Virus record (IMG/VR): IMGVR_UViG_2885593961_000002
Coordinates: 1 to 64,000 of that record
Strand: one strand, 5' to 3'
Origin: a virus
Lineage: Duplodnaviria; Caudoviricetes
Length of the DNA: 64,000 nt
Shown: in pieces, positions 37,754 through 46,464 of the stretch
Layout: every line of letters begins with the position of its first letter
Numbering within the stretch: the stretch's first letter is position 1
The notes under the pieces: generated by a model
What the model was told of the DNA's origin: nothing
Database searches by the model: none
What the model saw: the letters and a program-made list of their open reading frames with translations, nothing else
Program-made: the position numbers and the translations under genes

Positions 37754-38512
37754 TTACGCTGCTACCGTTTCAGTCTCAGCGACTGCGATATTCAGGGCTG
37801 CTGCTGCCTGAACGTCAGCGAGAATCGTTTGTGCAAAGAACTGCCGATCCGAATCGGACATGCCAGCCATGACCGCACGCACGGATTCAGCGAAACGCGC
37901 CGCGTTTTCGCGCGATACGTCCGCAACGCTGCGGTTATCGGCTTCTTTCACCTCTGCGGCCGGCGCTTGTGCGGGTTGTGCATCGCTCGCGGGCACTTCA
38001 GGCGTGCTGCTCGTCACTTCAGACGGAGTCTTTGCGGTTGCGCCTTTCGGCTCGCGCTTGCCGGCCGCTTTTGCGAACCCGAACGCGGCAAACAACGCGT
38101 CTTGCGATGTGCAGCCCATGCCGAGAAGCCACGCGCGCACGATACCGGCCGCGTCTTCGTCTTTCTCTGCGTTCGCGATTTCCGTCACGGGCGCACCCTT
38201 GTCGGCTGCTTGCTTCGCGATGCCAACCGATTTTTCCGCGTAACGCTTCGCGGTCGGAAACGCGGCGCGCGTGGCGCTAACACGATCGGCCGCGCCCATC
38301 TCCGCCCACTTTTTACCGGCGCGTTGCTCGGCGATTTGCTCGCTCAACACGTCAATCAAACGAGCCGCGTAGCCGCGCGCGCCGTGATTGTCGTCGCGAA
38401 GGCACAAGGCAACGATTGCCGAGTAAGCGCGCGTGATTGCGCTGCGTTCCGTGCCGATGATTTCCTTCGCGGCATAGGTTGCCGCGCCCGATGCAATTTG
38501 AAACTCAGCCAT
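37754..38512 (-). CDS. Ala-rich hypothetical protein
   Basis: 252 aa; GGGG SD. Confidence 0.7.
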   Translation of the reverse strand: MAEFQIASGAATYAAKEIIGTERSAITRAYSAIVALCLRDDNHGARGYAARLIDVLSEQIAEQRAGKKWAEMGAADRVSATRAAFPTAKRYAEKSVGIAKQAADKGAPVTEIANAEKDEDAAGIVRAWLLGMGCTSQDALFAAFGFAKAAGKREPKGATAKTPSEVTSSTPEVPASDAQPAQAPAAEVKEADNRSVADVSRENAARFAESVRAVMAGMSDSDRQFFAQTILADVQAAAALNIAVAETETVAA

Positions 38513-38977
38513 GTTAGTACCCCTAAGCGTAGGTTGCGAATGGCGCGGGATTGCGCCGTTTGCTTTGGTTCAACTTGCACCTTTCATCTACTGCGCTGCG
38601 AAAGGTTCAACGTTGCACCTTTGGGACTGACCCGTGCGCAAGGCGCACGTCTCCCCCAGCGCGCACGGGGCGCATGCCCCGCGGTCGCTGCGTTACTGCA
38701 TTTACCACGGTTATAAGGATACTATGATTTAGCGCGAAGGGGTTGCGCTGCGGTTTCGACTATGGTAGGCACACTGTTTTTGAATTTTTCGATTTTCCAA
38801 CCATAGTATGTTTTATACTGATTGCGCTACCGCCCCAGCCCCTAGCCGTGCGGCCGGCAAGCGTCGACGCAACCGAAACATCTGGTAACAACATTTTGGG
38901 GACGGATATTGCGGCATAGGCCGCTTGGACTCCGAATGTTCTGGCCCCCGCTCTCAGCACGACCCCATGAAGCAGAG

Positions 38978-39553
38978 ATGACAATGGAGAAAGAGAAACT
39001 AAAGCGCCAAGACTTTACAGTTGAGATGGCGCGTGAGCACTTTGGCTACGATCCGGTAGTCGGTCGCGTTATTCGTCTGACAAACAGCCCAAGAGGACCT
39101 AAGTCTGCCGGAAAAGTCGCCAGCTCCTTACATAAGGCGTCAGGTTTTCGGCAGATAGTTTTCAAAGGGCTTGTCATCTATGAGCATCATCTCGTATGGG
39201 CACTAGCTTATGGATACTGGCCTACAGGGTCGATTCGACATCGCGACAATGACAAGCAAAACAACCAGGTAGAGAACCTGTTTGACCCCGCTCAAGTTGT
39301 AACCGTAAGTAACCTTGCAGACACGAAAGACGCCTTCCCTGGCGTCATCGTTACTAACTCCGGGAACTATCGAGCGACAATTTATCGAGATAAGGCAATC
39401 CACCTTGGTACGTTCGCAAGCCCTGTAGAAGCGCATGAGATGTACCTTGCTGCCAAAGTCGTTCTTCATAGTCCTCTTAACAGAGGAGTAAGTACCGATG
39501 AACTCTTAAAACCTCTTTTGATAAGCCGAAAGGGACTTGCAAAGGTAGGATGA
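38978..39553 (+). CDS. HNH endonuclease with C-terminal AP2-like domain
   Basis: YEHHLVWALAYG...IRHRDNDKQNNQVENL; PGV...NYRATI...HLGTFASPVEAHEMYLAAK; low GC. Confidence 0.82.
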   Translation: MTMEKEKLKRQDFTVEMAREHFGYDPVVGRVIRLTNSPRGPKSAGKVASSLHKASGFRQIVFKGLVIYEHHLVWALAYGYWPTGSIRHRDNDKQNNQVENLFDPAQVVTVSNLADTKDAFPGVIVTNSGNYRATIYRDKAIHLGTFASPVEAHEMYLAAKVVLHSPLNRGVSTDELLKPLLISRKGLAKVG

Positions 39554-39700
39554 GACAGGTACAGTTAACAAAGTGCTTGATGATCTGTGGTGGTGAGTCA
39601 AGCATGACAGGTTGAGAGACTTGTCTCAGACAGTCGAGGTGGCCAGCCTCACTGTCAGCCCTCTTCAGGGGCATGTTTTGATCAATGTTAGCTGTTAGGT

Positions 39701-39737
39701 CGCCCCGAGGATTAGCTACCCTCGGGGCGATTTTTTT
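39701..39737 (+). terminator. Intrinsic terminator
   Basis: CGCCCCGAGG-loop-CCTCGGGGCG plus T7. Confidence 0.8.
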
Positions 39738-39785
39738 CGTACTCGCGTTTTTAATAGTTCTCTTCGCGGTTGTACATGCTCAACA

Positions 39786-42305
39786 TCAAGCGGCGATGGG
39801 CTTCACGCCAGAAGGGGCCGTCGACGTACTCTGCGAACCCGACGATCCCACAAGTGTGAGGTTTTCGTACTGAATCTCCTGCCCACCCAGCTCCGTGTTT
39901 CTGATCGTAAGCTTGAATCCGAACTCGGTAGCCAATTCCCGCATCTTGGCTCTGAACTGCGTCGATCCAACAGGCTTGGCACTTCCCGGCCCTACGCAGA
40001 AGGACCAGTATGTCTGATAGAGCTTCGTTTCCACCACCGAGATGGGGGCTGAACTCCTCGACCCAGCGGATGCCTCCTGTTGGAGAGCGCCCATCCGCAC
40101 CTTGCCACTCTCCGTGAGAAAAAACCGGACACTGTTGTTGAGGTTGGCTACTTCCCGCATGGTCTGCTTATGCGAGTCGGGCAACGTGAACTCGTTGTGC
40201 GCCTTCAACCGGCTCATCGACTGCACGGCCCACGCGACGATAGCTTCACGCTCTTCGACGACAATCACATCACCGAGGTCCAGGCGGCGCTCGGAGGCCT
40301 TCACGGGCCGGTTGAACTGAAGCACGAGCCATCGACGGTTAAACCCCTCGGACGTATCTTCCGTGCGCGGGTAGTGATTCGAGGCGAACCAGTGCGTGCA
40401 GATCGGCCGGAATCGGAAGATCTGCCCTCCCTTCAGCTGCCCCGACATCTCCGCGCCATCGATAATGTCCTTGAAGCGCTGGCCATCAACCAGTTTCTTC
40501 TCGCTCAGCTCGCCCGCGACATTGATGATCTTCTCGAACATCTGAGTCGGCAGGAACTTGTCGGCCCACTCGTTCGGCGGCACCGCAGCGCGCGCGTTGT
40601 CGGGCACAAGCGATTGCGCGATCTTCAACAACTGGCTCTTCCCGGACTTCGGCGCACCCTGGAGCAGCACAGCACGCTGGAAGCGCGGGCCGAGACCGAA
40701 CAACGTGACGGCCAGCGCCTCTTGAATAGCGTCGAGCTTCTGCTGGTAGTCCTCGTCCTCACCCCAGCTCTTCTTCAGGAATTCGAAGAACATCGGGCAA
40801 TTTCCCGAGATTTCCGGCAGGTAACGAAACGGCAACGTATAGATCATGCCGTAGCCGGGGTCGTGATTCAGCAGTTTCAGGTCTTCCGTGAGGAAGCCGT
40901 TCGCGAAGTTCACGCCGCGCACGTCGAGTGTGCGGATACCCTGCGGCAAGATGGTCTTCATCAGGTTGTGAATGCCACGGATGTCGTTGAACTTCTTGCA
41001 CGCCGTCAGATGTCCATAGTCGGCCGAGATCTTCGACAGCACGTAGTTGTCGTCGAGCTTTTCCCAGTGCGAACCGGCCCACTTCCAGAGAAAGCCGTTG
41101 TGCGCGCGCACGGGAAACATCTGCTCAAGGTCCTTGATGACGGCCCGTGCTACTTCCGACTGGTCTTGACCCTTGATCTCACCCATACGCAGCTCTTTGA
41201 TGCGCGCCTTGAGCGAAGAAAGCTTCAGACCCATGCCACCCGACGTCGAAATGAAGTCGAGAATGCGGTCCTCTTCGAGCTTGTTGAGGCTCGACGTCGT
41301 GGCCACCTTGTGCAACGCCTTGTCGATTGACTGGCTGCGCTGCGGTGAATCCTTCGGAAACCGCTCGAATTCATCCAGGAGGAACTGCTTGAGGTCGTCG
41401 AAACCCCACTCTTCCTGCTCTTTCGTGAATTCAAGGCTGTACGCCTGCTTCTCTTCATCGGTCAGACCATCGTCCCAACCGCTCGGCAGCACCTTCTGCT
41501 TATCGTAGACGTCACGGTGCAGGAACTTGATCATGTTCTTGACATGCTTGTCGACGTCGATCGGATCGCCGGCAACGTTCTCGACGAAATCAGCGGCGTA
41601 CGCCTGAAGCATGCCAATCGCCTCCTTCAACGACCGGTCGCCTCGCATAACTGCATACGCGAAAAGGCCAGCGCGCTCCGTCAGCGATGTGTCGCGAGAG
41701 CCGGCCGATGCAAAGTCGACCACGCGCGTCCAACCCGAGTGCGACAGCTCGACGCCAGCCTCCTGCAACGCAGCGCGTAGCATCGACTCGATCTGCTGGT
41801 CGAGCGCCGGCAACATGTGGACGACGTCAACCAGATCGCAGTTCGCCTCGTACGGGCGCTTCGTGTCCGGGTGGATCGACGGCGGCAGTACGGATTGGGT
41901 ACGAGCCGACAGCATTTCGCAGATCGTCTCGCCCGACGTGTTCTTGATACGGAACGTCTTCAGGCCAGTGTACTTGAAGGCCAGCATCATCCCCTTCTTA
42001 CCGATACGACACCAAGGCGACGTTGGCAGCAAGCTCTGAATGATAGACGTCAGCCGCTGGTCGACCGTGTCGATGTCCATCATGACGATGCCCGACTGCG
42101 GGCCGAGCACGATGCCGATGTTTGACGTCGGACACTGCTCAATCCACGCTTGCTGCTGCTCGGGCTCGACCGGATGATCGAAGTAGCGCGACCAATCGTT
42201 CGGGATCGGCTTCTTCTCTTCGGGGTACAGCGGGATAACAGGCAGGCCCTTTGCGTAGTACCTCGGTGCAGTCTGCGCGAAGATCGGTTGACGTTCAGTT
42301 CTCAT
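39786..42305 (-). CDS. Bifunctional primase-polymerase (Prim-Pol) fused to D5-like SF3 helicase
   Basis: GLPVIPL...NIGIVLG...MDID; GSRDTSL; Walker A GAPKSGKS; NRRWLVLQFN; start re-placed at MRTER. Confidence 0.9.
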   Translation of the reverse strand: MRTERQPIFAQTAPRYYAKGLPVIPLYPEEKKPIPNDWSRYFDHPVEPEQQQAWIEQCPTSNIGIVLGPQSGIVMMDIDTVDQRLTSIIQSLLPTSPWCRIGKKGMMLAFKYTGLKTFRIKNTSGETICEMLSARTQSVLPPSIHPDTKRPYEANCDLVDVVHMLPALDQQIESMLRAALQEAGVELSHSGWTRVVDFASAGSRDTSLTERAGLFAYAVMRGDRSLKEAIGMLQAYAADFVENVAGDPIDVDKHVKNMIKFLHRDVYDKQKVLPSGWDDGLTDEEKQAYSLEFTKEQEEWGFDDLKQFLLDEFERFPKDSPQRSQSIDKALHKVATTSSLNKLEEDRILDFISTSGGMGLKLSSLKARIKELRMGEIKGQDQSEVARAVIKDLEQMFPVRAHNGFLWKWAGSHWEKLDDNYVLSKISADYGHLTACKKFNDIRGIHNLMKTILPQGIRTLDVRGVNFANGFLTEDLKLLNHDPGYGMIYTLPFRYLPEISGNCPMFFEFLKKSWGEDEDYQQKLDAIQEALAVTLFGLGPRFQRAVLLQGAPKSGKSQLLKIAQSLVPDNARAAVPPNEWADKFLPTQMFEKIINVAGELSEKKLVDGQRFKDIIDGAEMSGQLKGGQIFRFRPICTHWFASNHYPRTEDTSEGFNRRWLVLQFNRPVKASERRLDLGDVIVVEEREAIVAWAVQSMSRLKAHNEFTLPDSHKQTMREVANLNNSVRFFLTESGKVRMGALQQEASAGSRSSAPISVVETKLYQTYWSFCVGPGSAKPVGSTQFRAKMRELATEFGFKLTIRNTELGGQEIQYENLTLVGSSGSQSTSTAPSGVKPIAA

Positions 42306-42846
42306 TCGAAGACTCTTGTGTGGTGGTGGGCGTAGCGTCATCATCCGAACGACGAGTGGTGATTGCGCTGCGCAAGCGCTCCATGACCTCGGTACGCTGA
42401 TCCGGCGACATGCACTCTTCCATGATGCTCAGTACCGTGTCCTGGAAGTCCCGGATCTGCTTGATCCCCAGTGCGCGCTCCCGAGCTGTCACCAAACGTT
42501 CGAGAAGACTGGTCGCCGTGCGGAAATAAGCCATGCGCTCCGTCTGGTCGGATTGAGGGATGGTCTTTCCGTAGTTCTTGAGGTCGGTGAAGACTCGATA
42601 CAAGTCGATGTCGAGACTCGAATCGATCTGGTCTTCGGTGATCTCGAAATCCGCTATGTCAACCTTCTTCTGCTCAGGTTGAATCTGACGACGGATCAAG
42701 TTCGAGATCACTTTCTTGAATTCAGCACCGTAAGGGCATGCTTCATCGTCGAGGTAGGCCGCGTTCTCCGTGGCCAGGGTAAGGATCATCTTGATCGACC
42801 ACTCCACGTGATCGGTGATGACCGGATAGTGAAAGTCGTTGCTCAT
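42295..42846 (-). CDS. Hypothetical helical protein divergent from terL (possible small terminase)
   Basis: 183 aa; function by position only. Confidence 0.5.
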   Translation of the reverse strand: MSNDFHYPVITDHVEWSIKMILTLATENAAYLDDEACPYGAEFKKVISNLIRRQIQPEQKKVDIADFEITEDQIDSSLDIDLYRVFTDLKNYGKTIPQSDQTERMAYFRTATSLLERLVTARERALGIKQIRDFQDTVLSIMEECMSPDQRTEVMERLRSAITTRRSDDDATPTTTQESSNEN

Positions 42847-43051
42847 AGGGTTCTCGCTGAAGAGGAGTGCAAGAATACCGGCCGGCCTCTCCGCGAAGAA
42901 TGGAAATCACGACGTCTATCTGATAAATCCTCGCCTCTATCATCTGATGCCCATGGGAGGGACAACAACTGCCCCGTGCATCAGATTTTCTTTGTACTCC
43001 GATGACCGGCCGCGTAAAAATAGCGCCTGCTTAGATGGCCGAATCATCTCC

Positions 43052-44836
43052 ATGTCCAACCAGTATCTCCAACAGCTCTACGAACGCGCAGCGAACCGCT
43101 GGTCGAAAGACCGCGCGTCAATGACCTATGGCGACTGGATCTGCGAGAACACCACGCACAACGACAGAGCTTTCTCGTTCAAGCGTTATCCCTTCCAGAA
43201 GCAGATCGCGGACGACATGCACGACAACCTCGACTGCATTAAGCCGTCTCAGGTTGGCCTGACCGAAGTGCAGATCCGGAAGGTGCTCGCGTTCATTGCT
43301 CGCAACCGCGGTGTAAATGTCATCTACACGCTGCCCGACGAGGCCATGATGGAGCGGATCTCTGTCGGCCGCGTTCGCCCACTCGTCGACGAGGAGCACG
43401 CATTCAACCTCGAATCACTCGGCGGCAAGAAGCCGACGCGCACGAAGGAGATCATTCAAGTCGGCAAAAGCTTCCTCTACCTCACCGCTGCCGGCGAAGG
43501 TGCGGCGACGTCCATCTCCGCAGACATGGTCGTCAACGACGAAGTGGATTTGACTGATCAGTCGATGCTTGCCCTCTTCAACTCGCGACTTCAAGGCTCA
43601 GACTGGAAGCTGAATCACCGCTTTTCGACGCCAACCTTCCAGGACTACGGCATCGACCAGACGTTCAAGGTCAGCGACCAGCACGAGTACATGTTGAAGT
43701 GCGCCTGCTGCAACCACTGGCAGGTGCCCGACTTCGAGCGCCCGTTCGTACGAATCCCTGGCCTTCCCGACAGTCTGGATTTCGAGGAGATCGAAGAGGC
43801 GATGATCGACGCCGGCACGATCGACCTCGACGCCGTCTCCATCCACTGCGAGCATTGTGGCGCGCCGCTGAACCTTGGTGACCATGAGCGCCGCGCATGG
43901 GTGCCGAAGTACCCGCAGCGCAAGCATGCGCGCGGCTATCGCGTGCGCGCCTTCTCTACCGAACGCCTACCGCCGAAGTACATCCTGCGTCAGCTCTTCA
44001 TCTACAAGCGCAAGGACTTCATCCGCGGCTGGTACAACACCGTGCTCGGTCGCTCCCACACGGGGGGCGACCAGCGCCTGAATGACGCGGACATCAACGC
44101 GGCGTTCACCGAGTTTCAACTGGTCCGCCCGTCGAACAATGCGATGCCGGCGTGGCTTGGCATAGACATTGGTCAGACCTGCCACATCGTCGTCGGCGAA
44201 GGCTATGACGTGTCTTCGATTCATGTGGTCGAGTTCCTAACCGTTCCTGTCGGCCGCTTGCTTGAGGAGATCGCGCGCATCCTGACGACCTACCGCCTCG
44301 TTGCCGGTGGCTGTGACCGTCACCCGTACACGCCTACCGCTGAGGCAGTGCGCGACGCGTCCCATCGCCGCGTCCTGCCGAACGAGTACCGCGGCTCCAA
44401 GGAAATCAATCTCGTGAAGGACCCCGCCGGCGAGATCACACACATGCAATCCAACCGGACGCTCCTCCTCGACGAAGTGGCCCGAGCCATCCGGCTGCGC
44501 AAGATCAAGTTCTCCGGTTACGGGACGCACCGCTCGGCGATCGTTGAGCACCTGAAAGACATGGTTCGCAACGAAGAACCAGAGAAAGAAGCGGAATGGA
44601 AGAAGCTGAACGGTAACGATCACTTCTTCCATGCCTTGGGCTTCATGTTGTCTGCCGTGAAGCTACACACCACCAACGCATCCGCCCTCTTCAACACGGA
44701 AACGCGCAGTGTCATCCAGATCGTCGGCGCGACCGTGGGCATCAACGAGACCAGTCAACTCACGCTGGCCAATACCAAACACACCACTGGCAACTTGATC
44801 TATGGCAACGACCACCACCCGCAACTCTTCTTCTAA
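43052..44836 (+). CDS. Terminase large subunit, GpA-like
   Basis: KPSQVGLTE Walker A variant, DEVD, STPT, CxxC...CxxC, IDIG nuclease, NDHFFHA; start re-placed at MSNQY. Confidence 0.9.
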   Translation: MSNQYLQQLYERAANRWSKDRASMTYGDWICENTTHNDRAFSFKRYPFQKQIADDMHDNLDCIKPSQVGLTEVQIRKVLAFIARNRGVNVIYTLPDEAMMERISVGRVRPLVDEEHAFNLESLGGKKPTRTKEIIQVGKSFLYLTAAGEGAATSISADMVVNDEVDLTDQSMLALFNSRLQGSDWKLNHRFSTPTFQDYGIDQTFKVSDQHEYMLKCACCNHWQVPDFERPFVRIPGLPDSLDFEEIEEAMIDAGTIDLDAVSIHCEHCGAPLNLGDHERRAWVPKYPQRKHARGYRVRAFSTERLPPKYILRQLFIYKRKDFIRGWYNTVLGRSHTGGDQRLNDADINAAFTEFQLVRPSNNAMPAWLGIDIGQTCHIVVGEGYDVSSIHVVEFLTVPVGRLLEEIARILTTYRLVAGGCDRHPYTPTAEAVRDASHRRVLPNEYRGSKEINLVKDPAGEITHMQSNRTLLLDEVARAIRLRKIKFSGYGTHRSAIVEHLKDMVRNEEPEKEAEWKKLNGNDHFFHALGFMLSAVKLHTTNASALFNTETRSVIQIVGATVGINETSQLTLANTKHTTGNLIYGNDHHPQLFF

Positions 44837-46385
44837 GGGAATCGGCGGGGCGCTCGGCGCGGCGCTCTCCATTATCCTGCCGCGTCGTTCCGCGAAGGGC
44901 GGCATGTCGATGCCTGGCACTTATAACCCGAGCGCGCCAACTCAGCTGCTCACGATGCCGACGTATCGCGAGCATTTGACCGACATCTTCAGTTCGCGCA
45001 CGGCGAACGACTCGCGCGCCCTGATCAAGACCCTACTCGTCCAGGACCCGGACGTGTCGGCCGCAGCTAACGCGTACCTGACCGTGGCCAACACCGACCT
45101 GATGGCCGTCGTCTACGACGTGAACGGGATGATCGACCGCGACGGACAGAAAATCCTCAACGCAGTGATGCAAGGTTACGAGGTCCGCAACGACTACTCT
45201 AAGGGCTTCGACTTCAGGCCGTCGTTCAAGGAGCTGGCCGAGAACTTCCGGTACATGATCCTCGCGGGCGGCTCGCTGCCATGCGAAATGGTGCTCGACA
45301 AGACCTTCGTGCCGACCGAATTCCGCATGCTCGACCCGAAGACCCTCTGGTGGATCGAACCTCAACCGGGCGTCTTCACGCCTGAGCAACGCACGTCGGC
45401 CGGCGACACCATCGACCTGACGATCCCGACGTTCTTCTGCAAATTCTTCCGGCGTGACCCGACGACGATCTACACCTACTCGCCGTTTGTGTCCGCCATC
45501 AACACAATCGCCGGCCGGCAACAGGTGATCAACGACCTGTACCGGATCATGCAGTTGACCGGTTACCCTCGTCTCGAAGTGAAGGTGCTGGAAGACGTCA
45601 TCACGCGCAATGCGCCGCTCGACACGAAAGCCAACCCCGTCAAGTTGCAGCAGTACGTCGCGAGCGTGATCAACGGGATCAGCGGTCAGATCGCGAACAT
45701 TCGGCCGGATCAGGCGTTCGTCCATACGGACTCGTCGGAGGTCAAGATGATCAATGACAAGGCACCGGGGATGGGCATCGACATCTCGTCGATCATCGAG
45801 ACGCTGAACGCGCAGAACCAAGCTGGCCTGCGCACGATGGGGACGATTCTCGGCAGGGGCAACGCTGGCGTGAACACAGCCTCGGTCGAAGCGCGCCTCT
45901 TCAGCATGACGGCCGAAGAGATCAACCAGCCGATCGCTGACCTGTTCTCAGACATGTTGACGCTCGCGATTCGTCTGCAAGGCTCGCAGTCCCGCGTGGT
46001 ATGCAAATTCCGCCCCGCCGAGATGCGCCCGCTTACCGAGCTGGAACCGCAGCTCACGATGCGCGCGTCGCGCCTGAAGGCTGACCTGTCGCTGGGCATC
46101 ATCGACGACGACGAGTACCACCTTGAGATGTACGGACGAATTCGACCCGACTCGGCTCCGATCCTCAGTGGCACGAACTTCATGCCGGGTACAAACGTCC
46201 AGGTCTTGACCGCTCAAGATAACCTTGACCAGCCGAACTCAGGTGGTTCTGGAGGAGACTCGGGAAAGACGAATGGCCCGCACGGCCCGGACGTCAGCAA
46301 GGTCAGCCCCAACTCCGACCCACTCGGCCGGTCGCTTTCCTCAAAAGGTTCGAAGTCCGCCGCGAGTAACGCGGTGAAGCCCTAA
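44802..46385 (+). CDS. Portal protein
   Basis: 527 aa directly after terL. Confidence 0.8.
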   Translation: MATTTTRNSSSKGIGGALGAALSIILPRRSAKGGMSMPGTYNPSAPTQLLTMPTYREHLTDIFSSRTANDSRALIKTLLVQDPDVSAAANAYLTVANTDLMAVVYDVNGMIDRDGQKILNAVMQGYEVRNDYSKGFDFRPSFKELAENFRYMILAGGSLPCEMVLDKTFVPTEFRMLDPKTLWWIEPQPGVFTPEQRTSAGDTIDLTIPTFFCKFFRRDPTTIYTYSPFVSAINTIAGRQQVINDLYRIMQLTGYPRLEVKVLEDVITRNAPLDTKANPVKLQQYVASVINGISGQIANIRPDQAFVHTDSSEVKMINDKAPGMGIDISSIIETLNAQNQAGLRTMGTILGRGNAGVNTASVEARLFSMTAEEINQPIADLFSDMLTLAIRLQGSQSRVVCKFRPAEMRPLTELEPQLTMRASRLKADLSLGIIDDDEYHLEMYGRIRPDSAPILSGTNFMPGTNVQVLTAQDNLDQPNSGGSGGDSGKTNGPHGPDVSKVSPNSDPLGRSLSSKGSKSAASNAVKP

Positions 46386-46392
46386 AAACTCT

Positions 46393-46421
46393 TTGACTCT
46401 CATTTAGCTGGTCGAAATAAT
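46393..46421 (+). promoter_or_regulatory. Sigma70-like promoter TTGACT-17-AATAAT
   Basis: Intergenic, upstream of the head genes. Confidence 0.55.
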
Positions 46422-46464
46422 ACGGGCTACATTCACCGGGCAGCATGAAAAGCACCACACTGGC

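Noticed and set aside
27078-38622. Dispersed palindromes and ACC tracts as a CRISPR array or DGR
   Set aside because: Spacing is irregular (hundreds to thousands of bp); no cas or reverse transcriptase gene and no TR/VR pair.
36440-38830. Apparent enrichment of GCTACCG/CGGTAGC
   Set aside because: Several copies are Ala-Thr-Ala codons in Ala-rich ORFs; significance cannot be shown by eye.
38720-38900. AT-tract region before the HNH gene as the cos site
   Set aside because: HNH genes often flank cos, but I see no clear dyad or cohesive-end sequence here.
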